Of a DNA stretch of 64,000 nucleotides, positions 52,001-64,000 are shown piece by piece. The stretch's first letter is position 1. Every line of letters begins with the position of its first letter. The notes beneath the pieces were generated by a model. That model was not told where the DNA came from, did not search any database, and saw only the letters and a list, made by a program, of their open reading frames with translations. Where the stretch lies: NCBI GenBank assembly GCA_964016885.1, contig OZ024740.1, positions 86,056,001 through 86,120,000 of the forward strand, in the 5' to 3' direction. The position numbers and the translations under genes were made by a program. Origin of the DNA: Eledone cirrhosa. Taxonomy: Eukaryota.

Positions 52001-55000
52001 ATAGGGTCATCCAGATCATATCTAGATAGAGTATTTTGTAGGGAAATAGATAGGTCTAGCATAGGCTGTCCACAATTCAAGATAGTCAGCTACACGGACC
52101 ACAAATTCGTGATCTGTGTGCTTGACTTAGATAGGCTTCATAGACGAGGACCCGGCTACTGGAAGCTAAACGCGTCCTTACCAGCGCGCAAGGCCTACAG
52201 CGACCGGATTAGCGAACTAGTTAAGCGGGCGTTGAAGGGGGCCATCGTCAACAACAAGTGGTGGTTTGCTCTGAAAAGAGCGATTAGAATAGAATCCATT
52301 AGGTTTAGTAAGGCTTTAGCAATAGAGAAAAATAGAGCAGAGGGAGAACTAGTTAGAAAATTAGACGAGGCGCTTAGCAAAGGCATTGCGACCGACGTGC
52401 TTGCGGCGAAATTGGCCCTTGACCAATTCTTCAATGCAAAGCACGAAGGCTGCGTTGTCAGAGCAAGGGTGCCTGCTCTCAGACACGAGGGGACGAAAGC
52501 CGTTCAATGGGCCCGAGTGGCGGAGGCGCGTCGTGGCAACAACGCCACGATCCGGTCTTTGGTGGACCACGACGGGTGCATGCTACTCGATCCCGGGCAA
52601 ATGTGTGAAGCTTTTCAGCGACACTTCGCTCAGCTGTTCGGGGGCAACGGTGGGCCGGGTCGAGGGATGGACTTTAGTGTCTACCTCGACGGACTGCCGC
52701 GGCTCTCGGCCACTGAGGCGAAGTGTTGCGAAAAGCCGATAACAGCCGCTGAAGTAAGGGAGGCAATGACTGGCTGCACAAGGAGTAAATCGCCTGGTTT
52801 GGATGGTCTGCCCTATGAACTTTACGTACAGAAGCCAGACTTGTTCGGAGGCCTCTTGGCGGACGTCTACTGCAACTGGCAACAGAACGGGAGAATTCCT
52901 AGTTCTGTGAGCCGAGGAGCGGTGGCACTGCTGAGAAAGGATCCGAACAAGGGGGATAACATAGATAATTTCCGGCCCATAACTCTGCTAAACACAGAGT
53001 TCAAGATTTTGGCCAAGGTGCTAGCAAAGAGGTTGGCGCTTGTCGTTGGTGGAATGGTGGGAGAGGCGCAGACATGCGCCATTCCCGACAGATCCATCCA
53101 CGACAACCTCCACCTCATGCGATACATCGTAGAGAGGGTAGCTAAGGAGCCTGGCACGGGTGGGTCCTTGATCAATTTAGATCAGTCGAAAGCTTTCGAT
53201 AGGGTCGACCATCGTTACCTAGCGGCAGTCCTGAGGGCGGCTGGCTTTGGGCTCGTCTTCAGAGGCTGGATCGCTGCCATGCACAACGACATCTGCTCTG
53301 TGGTGAGAGTGAACGGTCACCTGTCGGAACCGTTCAACATCATGCGCTCGGTCCGCCAAGGATGTCCCCTCTCGTCCTTCTTGTACGTATTGACTCTCGA
53401 GCCATTACTGCACAAACTGGAGACGTTGAGGGGCGTCCCGCGCGAACTAGGATGCGGAAGATCCGTGTCAGCATATGCGGACGATGTCACCGTAGTGGTG
53501 TCGAACGCCAAACACATCGAGGCGATCGGCACTACACTAAGAGAATACGAAGCGGTGACAGGAGCAATGATCAACCAGGAAAAGTCAGTGGGCCTGCAGC
53601 TCGGCACCTGGAGAGGCAGGTCCATGCCGTCCAACAGCGTCGTCGGACGCTGGACGGACGGACCGGTAAATTGCTAGGGGTCTGGTTCGGTCCGGACCTC
53701 CAGACGGACAAAAACTGGGACGAGGTGACGAGCAGGGTGGCTTCTCTCACCCAGAAATGGGCGGAGAGGAAGCTATCCCTGAAAGGTCGAGCGGAGGTGG
53801 CTAACGCGTACATCGCGTCTCTCATCTGCTACCGCCTGACCGTCGTACCTTGTCCTAAGCTGGGGCGTTTGCTCTTTCGCTTTTTGTGGAAGGGACGCGC
53901 TCCGATGGTCAGGCGGTCCATCTGTTGTCAACACCCGCTACGTGGAGGGCTGGGCATGCCGTGGCTGATGATGCGCAGGCACGCGCTCAGGCTACGACAT
54001 CTCCACCTCTTCCTCGACGGTGATCAGGTGTGGTCGCCGTTTGCTAGACACGTATTTCCCCAGCTCGTTTCCTTGACGGAGCTGCAGTCCTGGGTCAAGC
54101 GAAGACCGAGAGGGAGCGCCTGGAGACTGGAATGTCTTCAGGCGCTCACAGCCCTCGACCAATCGGGCAATGTGATCGGTGGAAACTCCACCTCGGCGTT
54201 CTATAGAGGATTAGTGGAGGGGAAGAGCGACGACGTACTTGGGGAAACTCTAGGCGTCGACGAAAATCAACTAGCCAATCCCTTCGGAAGAACTTTCGGG
54301 CCAGGGCCTATGGACAACTTCCAGAAATCTCTGGCCTGACAGTGCTACCGAGGAGCTTTGCCAGTTCGGGATAAACTCTACAGGCATGGAGGTGCCGTCA
54401 GCCGGGCATGTCCGAGATGCGCGCAGGGCGACGAAACTGTCCTGCACGCACTCGTCCAGTGTCCGAAAATTGCTGACTTGTGGGTTTATGTCGAACACCT
54501 GCTGTCGCGATTAGGACGGATCCGGCTATCATCTGAGTCCATCGTGAGGATTGCCCCGCCCTCCTCCTTTAGCCGGGAAGGGCAGACAGTTTTTATCTGT
54601 CTGGTGGTCATGGCGAAAGAGATAGTATGGTGGACACGTTTGAAAGGGCTGAAGACGAGCACTTACCTCTTCGGTGATGCTCTGATTGACTTTTTCAAAT
54701 TTCATTTGAAAAGGAAAATCAGAGTAGAGAGGGAAGTACTCTCTTCCCAGCATTTTGTTGAAAGATGGGTGAGAGAAGCAAGAATGGCCCGAGTGAATGG
54801 GCCTACTCTGAGTATATATCTGTAAATTAAAGGTGGAAAACTGGGAGAGGGCACTTGCCTTGGTGGTCAGGGTCATTGTGGCTTTTTACTGGGCTTTCTC
54901 CACAAACGTCCCTCCGAAGTCTCCCCCCTATTGGGGAATTTTTTCATTGTTATTTTTGTTACACCCTCTGTTTTTGTTTTTTACACGCAGAAATGCCCAT

Positions 55001-55075
55001 TTGTACCGACCTGTATTGTCCTGCACTGTCCTTAATGTCTACTTTATGTAAACCCTTGTGGTTAATAAAGAAATC
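49097..55075 (+). mobile_element. L1/Tx1-like LINE copy A, full length but disrupted
   Basis: ORF1 pieces 49317-51387 with knuckle CFRCGSKTHLRAYC; ORF2 51423-54825 (APE, RT SAYADD, CPRC..ETVLH..C) with stops and frameshifts; (ATT)n on both sides. Confidence 0.92.
51423..54825 (+). pseudogene. LINE ORF2 (APE endonuclease-RT-CCHC), disrupted
   Basis: Colinear with intact 57249-60671; TAG at ~51586, frameshifts near 51735 and 53670, TGA at 54337. Confidence 0.88.
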
Positions 55076-55304
55076 ATTATTATTATTATTATTGACGAAA
55101 GTGGATGTACGTTTTTTGAAGCTCCGTGAGTAAGCAATATATTGAGGATTAATTGTGGAGAATTGTTTATTTTTTTGTACCGCTGAAGCATTATAAGACA
55201 TTCATTTGTATCCTGTGAAGGAATAACTCATAATATTTGGGCCTTTTGGCCCAAATATTTGAACTTTATTTTGGAAAAATAATAATTTTTTTTCTCAAAA
55301 AAAC

Positions 55305-57219
55305 ATGGCGGAGCCACGCCCCCTAGAGGCGGGTCTGCTGTCGTGCAACGGCGACTTGAGCGTTGAGAGGAGAGGTGGGGCGAGGAGCGCCACCAGCACG
55401 AGTGTGAGCAGCGACAGTGCCAGCACCAACGGGCCGAGCGGCGCGGAAGGTGGTAACAGCGACAACACCAACACCAACAAGCCGAACAGTGCAGAAGGTG
55501 GTAATAGCGAGAGCACCAACAAAACGAACAGCACAGAGAGTAATAGTAGCGACAGCAGCAGCACCAACAAGGCCAACAGCACAGAGGGTAACCACGACAC
55601 AGGGGAGAACAACAACAGCAATAGCAGCAGCAACACCAACAAGAACAACAACAGTGACAACACCAACAAGAACACCTTCGCTGCTGTGGCAGCGGCTAAA
55701 AGGAGACCATGCTACAGCATCGACTTAACCAACAGAGAGGAAAAGTTGGCCCAGGCCTGGAAAATCATAAATCAAGAGCAGACCTGGGCAAACTTAACTG
55801 TCCCGGCAGAAGCCATTGAGGCAGTGGAAAAAAGAACGGTGCATTTCAGATGCATCTCAGTAGAGACAAAGAGGGCAGCGATAATCGCCCAAGCTGATAT
55901 AGAAGCCGCACTGAAATACATCAGAGAGGACACAGACTTCATAGAGAGGGGCAGGCAATACGGCACCGTTTCGGTGCTGTTCAAGTCTGAAGCCCTCGCT
56001 GTGAAGCATTCAATGACCCCTTGCAAAACCAGCAAGGTCATAATGTACCCCTCCCACATGGGAAAACGAATAGCACGTGTGCGCATTCCCAGGATTCCAC
56101 CAGGACTTGATATGTGGTGGCTCCTGGGTTGCGTAATCGTGGAAGGAACGGATACAGTCCCGGTAGAGGCAACGAGAACTGCCAGGGACGACTGGTCCGG
56201 GGTTGATCTGGAGATACTGCTCCAAATCAGACCCGAAAACGTAAAAGCAATCCCGGACCACATCCGCCTCCAAAACGGGAGGGTGTTGCATATAATGACT
56301 GAGGGCAAAAGGCCGCATTGTTTCCTTTGTGGGGAAACGACACACTTGCGAGCCTTCTGCCCTCAACTGCCGAAAAGCGCAAGGGGTCGAAAGATTCCAC
56401 TGCTGGCGACGCCGGGACAAGGACCACCAGCAACACCGTCAACAATGGAACCACCAAAATTGCACACCCAGGGGGGAAACGAGGAAAGCTCTCCCATTCC
56501 CCCCCCCCAAAAAAAATACACACACGAACAAGAACATAAACACTCACTCAGACACAAACACACTCACAGCCACAGACCCCTCATCCTCCAGCAGTGAAGA
56601 TGAGGGAAAACCAAAGTCCCCAAAATACAAAAAATAAAACACAAAAAAAAAAGAAATCCACAAAGCACAAACACCCCCACAAAAAAAAAAAAATACACAC
56701 ACCACCCACACAAACATTTTCCCCACAGCATCACCAACACAACCACCAAAATCCCCCAAACGCAAACAAGCTAAACAGACACAAGAACAAATAGACACAC
56801 AAACATCAGAAACTACAGACACCCCACCCACAACAAACGCAGACACAATAGAAACAACACTAACAAAGCTATCACCACCACAATCACACGAACAAATAAA
56901 ACCCGAGCAACAAAACATTAAAAACTTCGTGCTTGCCAGAAGGGCCAACAAGGAATTGATGGCCCATGTAGCACGAAGCACAAACATCGAAAAAGAGGGG
57001 GAAACATTTCAAGCGAGCACATATCGCGTACCAGATAATTTGCTTCTGATGCGAATGTCGCTCGCTTCATACAAAGAAATTCGAAAGAGCTTTCCTCGGG
57101 ATGTGGGAACCCCGAACGTAAAACCCACTTCAAGACTATTAAAGGGGTTCCCAAAAGAAACCCCACAAACCATGGAGGTCGAACCACCCGACCTTCACAA
57201 GACCCCGGAAGGTAAGTAA
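55305..57219 (+). CDS. LINE ORF1 (Ser/Asn-rich N-terminus, CCHC zinc knuckle); frame broken in homopolymer-rich 56400-56780
   Basis: 430-aa ORF with CFLCGETTHLRAFC; downstream piece ends 57219 and resembles copy A 51079-51387. Confidence 0.75.
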
Positions 57220-57248
57220 ACCTTTCCTCTCCCATTCATCCTGCCAGC

Positions 57249-60200
57249 ATGGCCATAAGAGTAGGAAGTTTAAATGTTCGTGGCCTGGGGTCGCCCTGGA
57301 AGCAAGGTCACTTGCTCAACGACCTCAGGTCACTAGGAATGGATGTAATTGCCATCAGCGAGACCAGAATTTCCGACACACGCGCACTGGCGCCGATTTT
57401 CGACGATTATCAGATCTTTGCATCTGTTAGTCGGCCGGGAATGGGAGGTGGAGTGGCTGTGCTGTTTAGGAAATGTCTGGATCTCGAGGTAAGGTCAATC
57501 TTCCGGGATCCTGACGGAAAGTTGGTGGTCCTGGACGTGAGCAATAGCGAAGGTGGTGCCTTTAGACTGGTGGCCGTCTACGCCCCTACTGGGGCCGGTC
57601 GGCCGGACTTCTTTAGGCGCCTGGAAAACTTTCTGCTTACGTCTCGCCCTTTACTGTTAATAGGGGATTGGAATGGCATCTTAGAAGCACGCTGGGATTG
57701 TGTGGGAGTATCTGATAGGAGCGGGGGGTGCAAAAGCCTCAAGTACCTGATCAGCCAGTTTCAACTGTCTGACAGGTACCGACTAGATTTCCCTAATGCG
57801 CCAGTATGGACCTGGACCAATCGCATAGGGTCATCTAGATCGTACATAGATAGGATTTTCATTAGGAAAAGAGATAGAAATAGTGTAGGATGTCCACATT
57901 TTAAAACGGTTGCCTATTCAGATCACAAGCTTGTGATCTGTATGGTCGACCTAGATAAGACACGTAGGTTAGGACCTAGCTACTGGAAGCTAAACATGTC
58001 GTTTCCGGCACGTAAAGCTTACAGGGACCGGGTCAACAACTTAGTTAAGAAAAAGTTGACAGGGGGGGGGGGGGTCAACAACAGGTGGTGGGGGGCTCTC
58101 AAAAGAGAGATTAGAGCAACCTCGATAGGATTTAGCAAAGAAGTAGCAATAGAGAAAAATAGAAAGGAGGAGGGGCTGATAGCTAAGTTAGACGAGGTTA
58201 TTTGTAGTGGCATTGCAACAGACGTGCTAGCGGCGAGAATGGCACTAGACCATTTCTTCAATGCGAAACACGAAGGTTGCATTGTCAGAGCTAAGGCGCG
58301 TGCTCTGAGGAACGAGGGAACCAAAGCTGCCCGATGGGCTCGCTTTGCAGAGACGCAGCGTGGAAATAAAACCACAATTCGGTCTTTGATGGATCGAGAT
58401 GGACACGAACTGAGCGATTCCAAGCAGATGTGTGAGGCCTTTCGCCAGCACTTTGCTCGATTGTTCGGGAGGATGGGTGAGTCGGAGACGGCGGCGGACT
58501 TCAGTCCCTACCTCGACGGCTTGCCACGCCTCTCGACGGCCGACGCTGAGCGCTGCGAAGAGCCGATAACATCAGTCGAAATTCAGGACGCCCTTGTCGG
58601 CTGCTCGAGTCGCAAGTCACCCGGTTTGGATGGTCTGCCCTACGAGCTTTACGTAAATATGCCAGACTTGTTCTCCGATCTCCTCGAAGCGCTCTACTGC
58701 AACTGGCAGCAGAACGGGAGCATTCCCAGTTCTGTGAGCCGTGGCGTAGTGACGCTGATAAGGAAAGACGAGAACAAGAGGGACACACTAGATAATTTCA
58801 GGCCCATAACCCTGCTCAACACAGAGTTTAAGATTTTGGCCAAGGTGTTAGCGAAAAGGTTGGCGCTTGTCGTCAAAGATTTGGTTGGGGAGGCGCAAAC
58901 TTGCGCAATCCCGACCAGGTCCATACACGACAACCTCCACCTCATGCGATACATCATAGAGAGGGTTGGGTGCAAACCTGGCTTCGGTGGGGCTCTGATC
59001 AATTTAGATCAATCGAAAGCATTCGATAGGGTCGACCATCGGTACTTGGAGGCTGTCCTCGAGGCGGCTGGCTTCGGCCCCGTCTTCAGAAGCTGGATCG
59101 CTGCAATGTACAGCGGCATCTGCTCGGTGGTCAAAGTTAATGGCCACCTCTCGGAACCGTTTCAGATCTCTCGATCGGTTCGTCAAGGGTGCCCTCTCTC
59201 CTCACTTCTGTACGTATTGACTCTTGAGCCTCTACTGCGGAAGCTGGAGTTGTTGCAGGGCATCCCGCTCGAACCGGGACGTAGAAAGGCTGCGTCCGCT
59301 TATGCGGACGACATCACCGTGATGGTGTCGGACACCTCGGAAATCGAGGTGATCCGTACCCATTTGGAGGAATATGAAAGGTTGACGGGAGCAAAACTTA
59401 ACCCGGAAAAGTCGGTGGGCTTGCAGCTCGGTACCTGGAGAGGCAAGTCCATGCCGTCCAACAGCGTCGTTGGGCGCTGGACAGACGGACCGGTAAAGTT
59501 GCTCGGGGTTTGGTTCGGACCAGACCTCCAGGTGGATAAGAATTGGGACGAGGTGACGAGCAGGATAGTCAGTCTCACCCAGAAATGGGCTGAGAGAAAG
59601 CTATCACTGAAAGGGCGGGCGGAGGTGGCGAACGCGTACATCGCGTCCGTCATCTACTACCGCCTGACCGTCGTGCCTTGCCCCCGTCCACGCCTCGCCA
59701 ATTTGGAACGGCTCCTTTTCAAATTTTTGTGGAGGGGACGGGTCCCGTTGGTGAGGCGGTCCATCTGCTGCCAGGACCCTCTTCGTGGAGGGCTGGGCAT
59801 GCCGTGGCTAATGATGCGCAGATATGCGCTGAGGCTGCGACATCTCCAGATATTTTGCCTAAACGGTGAACAGGTGTGGTCGCCGTTTGTTAGACGGGCC
59901 TTTCCGCAGCTCATCTCTTTGACTGAGCTGCAGTCCTGGGTCAAGAAGAGACCGAGACTGGGCGACTGGCATCTGGAATGTTGCCAGGCGCTCACTGTAC
60001 TCTGCAAGGTGGGCAATGCGGTCAGTGGAACTTCCACTCAAGATTTCTATAGAGGATTAGTGGAGGGCAAGTACGATGACGTACTAGGAGAGGCTCTAGG
60101 CGTCAACGAAGTAGAACTGACCAGTATGTTCCGGAGGACTTTCGAGCCGGGGACGATGGATAACTTCCAGAAATCCCTCGCTTGGCAGTGCTACCGGGGG

Positions 60201-60671
60201 GCGCTGCCGGTTCGGGATAAACTCTACAGGCACGGAAGTGCTGTCAGACGAACCTGCCCGAGATGCGCGCAGAGCGACGAAACCGTTCTGCACGCACTCG
60301 TCCAGTGTCGGTGCATTGCTGACTTGTGGGGTTATGTCGAACAGCTATTGTCGCGTGTAGAACGGATCCGGCTATCGTCCGAGTCCATAGTGAAGATTGA
60401 CCCGCCGCCTTCTTTTGGTCAGGAAGGGCAGGCAATTTTCCTCTGCCTGGTGGCAGTAGCGAAAGAGGTTGCATGGTGGACCAGGTTGAAAGGACTGAAG
60501 ACAGACACTTTTCTCTTCGGCCAATCCCTCATCAACTTCTTCAAGTTTCACTTGGAAAGGAAGGTGAGGGTGGAGAGAGAAGTGCTGCCCCCCAGTACAT
60601 TTACTGAAAGGTGGGTGAATGTGGCGAGAATGGCCCGCGTGAGTGGGCCTACTCTGATCATGCGCCTGTAG
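57249..60671 (+). CDS. LINE ORF2: APE endonuclease, reverse transcriptase, C-terminal CCHC
   Basis: SLNVRGL, ISET, VYAP, GDWN, YIDR, SDH, KSPGLDG, FRPITLLN, LDQSKAFDRV, QGCPLS, AYADD, CPRC..ETVLH..C. Confidence 0.96.
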   Translation: MAIRVGSLNVRGLGSPWKQGHLLNDLRSLGMDVIAISETRISDTRALAPIFDDYQIFASVSRPGMGGGVAVLFRKCLDLEVRSIFRDPDGKLVVLDVSNSEGGAFRLVAVYAPTGAGRPDFFRRLENFLLTSRPLLLIGDWNGILEARWDCVGVSDRSGGCKSLKYLISQFQLSDRYRLDFPNAPVWTWTNRIGSSRSYIDRIFIRKRDRNSVGCPHFKTVAYSDHKLVICMVDLDKTRRLGPSYWKLNMSFPARKAYRDRVNNLVKKKLTGGGGVNNRWWGALKREIRATSIGFSKEVAIEKNRKEEGLIAKLDEVICSGIATDVLAARMALDHFFNAKHEGCIVRAKARALRNEGTKAARWARFAETQRGNKTTIRSLMDRDGHELSDSKQMCEAFRQHFARLFGRMGESETAADFSPYLDGLPRLSTADAERCEEPITSVEIQDALVGCSSRKSPGLDGLPYELYVNMPDLFSDLLEALYCNWQQNGSIPSSVSRGVVTLIRKDENKRDTLDNFRPITLLNTEFKILAKVLAKRLALVVKDLVGEAQTCAIPTRSIHDNLHLMRYIIERVGCKPGFGGALINLDQSKAFDRVDHRYLEAVLEAAGFGPVFRSWIAAMYSGICSVVKVNGHLSEPFQISRSVRQGCPLSSLLYVLTLEPLLRKLELLQGIPLEPGRRKAASAYADDITVMVSDTSEIEVIRTHLEEYERLTGAKLNPEKSVGLQLGTWRGKSMPSNSVVGRWTDGPVKLLGVWFGPDLQVDKNWDEVTSRIVSLTQKWAERKLSLKGRAEVANAYIASVIYYRLTVVPCPRPRLANLERLLFKFLWRGRVPLVRRSICCQDPLRGGLGMPWLMMRRYALRLRHLQIFCLNGEQVWSPFVRRAFPQLISLTELQSWVKKRPRLGDWHLECCQALTVLCKVGNAVSGTSTQDFYRGLVEGKYDDVLGEALGVNEVELTSMFRRTFEPGTMDNFQKSLAWQCYRGALPVRDKLYRHGSAVRRTCPRCAQSDETVLHALVQCRCIADLWGYVEQLLSRVERIRLSSESIVKIDPPPSFGQEGQAIFLCLVAVAKEVAWWTRLKGLKTDTFLFGQSLINFFKFHLERKVRVEREVLPPSTFTERWVNVARMARVSGPTLIMRL

Positions 60672-60921
60672 GCTGGTGAATTCGAGAAGGAGAGGGGTGC
60701 CCTTCCCGGGTGCCCTAGGAGCGTCGGGTGGCTCAGGACTGGTGGGGTGCTTGAGTCAACCCTGGGTGGTGATCCCTCTTATTGGGGAACTTTCATTGTT
60801 GTATTTTTATTGTTATTTTGTTTTTTGTTATTTATACTTACTCGATCTCTATGTAAACCCCCACTGTCCCTGTCTATTGTGTTGTCCCCTATATGTCGGC
60901 CCTTGTGGCCAATAAATGAAA

Positions 60922-60958
<37 letters not shown>

Positions 60959-60989
60959 TATTATAACTTTTTTTTTTTTTTTTTTTTTT

Positions 60990-63900
60990 CAAATTCAATC
61001 ATGTTCCAGAACAATATAAAAGAGATAATTGGCAATTTAGGTTCTGGAACAAAAAAGATCATTGGCAATAAGGGCAGGGCCCCCAGGTTATCACAGCCTG
61101 GGCCCGCTCGTCATCGTGCCATTGTAATAGAGCCAAACAAGGCATTTAGCCTTGGTTGCTGTAACGTACGGACGCTGATTGACAGGGATTCCTTGGGGCG
61201 TCCTAAACGAAGGACCGCTCTTGTTGCAAAGGAGCTTCGACGTTACGATCTTGACATCGTGGCTTTATCTGAGACGAGGCTAGCTGGAGATGGTCATCTT
61301 ACGGAATTTTGTGGAGAATATACATTCTTCTGGAAAGGAAGAGATGAAGGAACCAGAAGAGAGGCTGGGGTAGGATTTGCTGTTAAGACTGTGCTTGTGA
61401 ACAAATTAGAAGAATTTCCAGTAGGGATTAGTGAGCGTCTTATGTCCATGAGAGTTCCGGTGGATAAGGGAAGATATGCTACCCTGGTGAGTGTGTATGC
61501 TCCAACTATGAGTTCTGTCGATGAGGAAAAGGTGTCCTTTTACCATGCATTGAAAGGTGTTTTAAGAAATATCCCTCAGGCAGACAAAGTCATCGTGCTT
61601 GGTGACTTTAATGCTAGAGTGGGTAGGGATTTTAACACATGGAATGTAATCGGAAGGCATGGGGTGGGAAAGTGTAACAGCAATGGTATGCTCCTGCTGT
61701 AGATGTGTGAGGAGCTGGATCTGTGTGTTACCAACACCATGTTCCAACAAAAGAACAAATCCAAGACCACATGGATGCATCCTGCATCTTAGGAATGGCA
61801 TCTTTTGGACTACGTCCTAGTCAGGATGCGTGACAGACAGGATGTGCAGTGTGTTCGTGTTCTTCGTGGAGCTGAGTGCTGGACGGACCACCGCCTGGTA
61901 CGCGCAAAAGTGATACTAATCACTAAACGTAAAATCCGGGCTCCTGGTGTTACCCTGCCCAAAAGATTGAATGCTGCTCGTCTTAAGGATAAAAATGTGA
62001 AGAGGACATTGGAAGAAGAGATGCAGGCTGCAGATTTTGGTGAGGATTGGCCGACCCTTAAAAAGTCGGTTTATGATGTAGGCAGGCGTGTTCTGGGATT
62101 GGCGCAGAGGAAACATCAGGACTGGTTTGATGAGAATGATGTACATATAGAAGACTTGTTGGCTGATAAGAGGCGTGCTCTGTCACGCTACTTGACGGCA
62201 AAACCACAGGAGAGGAATACGTTGCATGAGGAACTCAGGGATGTAAAATCACGTGTTAGGCGGAGTCTTTCTCAGATGAAGGATGAGTGGTGGAGTGAGA
62301 AGGCTGGTGAGATACAAACTGCGTCTGATTCCAATAACACAAAGCTGTTGTACAGTCTCTTGCGTGAGGTTTATGGACCGTCTTCTCCTCTGGTGACACC
62401 GCTTCGTAGCAAGGAGGGCAAAGAACTTCTTCGTGACTCACAAGGAATTCTACGAAGGTGGCGAGAGCACTTTGATGATCTTTTGAATCAGCCGTCTGTC
62501 GTCAGTGAAGATTTCCTCAATCTCATTCCAGAAAGTCCTGTGAAAGTAGCTCTCGCAGAACCTCCCACGCTTGTGGAGGTTGCAGTGGCTATTTCGAAGC
62601 TGAACAATGGAAGATCTCCAGGCATGGATGGCATACATGCTGAGCTCCTACAATATGGTGGTGAGAGACTCCTGCAACATCTTCACTCTTTGTTTGGCAG
62701 GATATGGGGTAATGAATCCGTACCTGAGGACTGGAGAGATGCAGTAATGGTGGTCTTGTACAAGGGAAAGGGTAACACGAACGATTGTGGGAATACCAGA
62801 GGTATATCATTGCTTTCTGTCGTAGGGAAAGTTTTATGTAGGGTGCTTCTGGACCGTCTGCTGACACGCATTGCAGATTGTGTTCTTCCTGAAAGTCAAT
62901 CTGGTTTTCGTGCTGGACGCGGCACTACTGATATGATCTTCTCAGCTAGACAGCTCCAGGAGAAGTGCATGGAACAAGGCTTGGATCTGTATCAGGTTTT
63001 TGTCGATCTGACAAAAGCTTTCGATACTGTTAACAGAGATGCATTATGGAAGGTTCTCCAGAAACTTGTCTGCCCTGATAAGTTCCTTGCTTTAGTTAGG
63101 TCTTTCCATGACGACATGAAGGCTTGGGTTAATGTCGGGGGTAACATGTCGGAACCTATCTCAGTAAAAAATGGAGTGAAACAGGGGGATATTCCAGCAC
63201 CGACCCTGATTACCATATACTTTGCAATGGTTTTCTGTATTGCATTCAGGAATTGCGAGCATGGTGTTTACATCCGATATGGAACCTCAGGCAGCATATT
63301 TAACATCAGGCGCTTTGCTGCAAAGACAAAAGTATTTACATCAATCATAAGAGACCTCTTGTATGCAGATGATTGCGATCTCGTAGCGCACACAGAGAGT
63401 GATATGCAGCACATTTTGAATGCATTTTCTGACGCTTGCACTGCCCTAGGTCTGACTGTCAGCCTCAAGAAAACCGTCGTCATGTACCAACCTGCCCCTG
63501 GTAAGCAGTACACTGAACCAAACATCTATGTGTATGGCAAACGACTTGGAGTGGTTGATCAGTTTGTCTACCTGGGAAGCACTGTCAATCGATACAGCAA
63601 CCTTGGCGGTGAGCTCTCACTTAGGATTAGGAAAGCAAGTGATGCTTTCGGAAAGCTAGAAAGGCGACTCTGGGGTCGGCGAGACATATGCAGGAGGACA
63701 AAGGTAAAAGTGTACAGGGCATGTGTGCTCTCTTGTCTTCTTTATGCCTGCGAGACCTGGGTCACTTATCGACACCACCTTAAGCGATTGGAGCGTTTCC
63801 ATCAGATGTGTCTCAGGCGGATCCATGGCGTTCACTGGAGGGACCACATCAGTGATGTCGAGATTTTTGAAAGCTCTATGTGTGACAGTATAGAAGCTCT

Positions 63901-64000
63901 TGTGCTTAAACAACGACTCCGTTGGGGTGGTCACCTTGCCAGGATGAAGGATTCTAGAATACCAAAACAACTCTTTTATGGAGAGTTGGTTAAAGGAAAA
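60990..64000 (+). mobile_element. RTE-BovB-like LINE, disrupted, truncated by the window end
   Basis: NVRTL..RRTALVAKEL..IVALSETR, VYAPT, LGDFNARVG, then RT motifs (YRGISLLS, FVDLTKAFD, LLYADD); stops at ~61700 and ~61789. Confidence 0.92.

Larger units (their letters stand above)
55094..60923 (+). mobile_element. L1/Tx1-like LINE copy B, full length, ORF2 intact
   Basis: 5' UTR, ORF1, 1140-aa ORF2, 3' UTR with AATAAA then (ATT)n. Confidence 0.95.

Overview
Eukaryotic, AT-rich, microsatellite-saturated intergenic DNA with no host gene I can support. Two tRNA-SINE fragments resemble octopus SINEs as I remember them, so an octopod cephalopod is likely (inference). The window is almost entirely retroelements. 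It holds a young Penelope-like element (PLE) of RT + GIY-YIG type with tandem and inverted pseudo-LTRs (2993-9158), a Neptune-like PLE, several Naiad-like PLE fragments, a decayed Dong/R4-like RLE LINE, two head-to-tail L1/Tx1-like LINEs set in (ATT)n, an RTE-BovB-like LINE running off the end, and RTE-derived non-autonomous repeats. The hidden layer, invisible to the ORF track, is about 17 type-I hammerhead ribozyme motifs with intact cores from about 11 sequence families, read by eye. They sit in cassettes inserted into (TA)n arrays, often with fold-back 5' ends. They include a ~370-bp tandem, non-coding, retrozyme-like array (35.7-36.8 kb) and several hammerheads with unusually long stem II. 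Most short ORFs in the track are microsatellite or antisense noise. Clade names come from motif recognition, not database searches.
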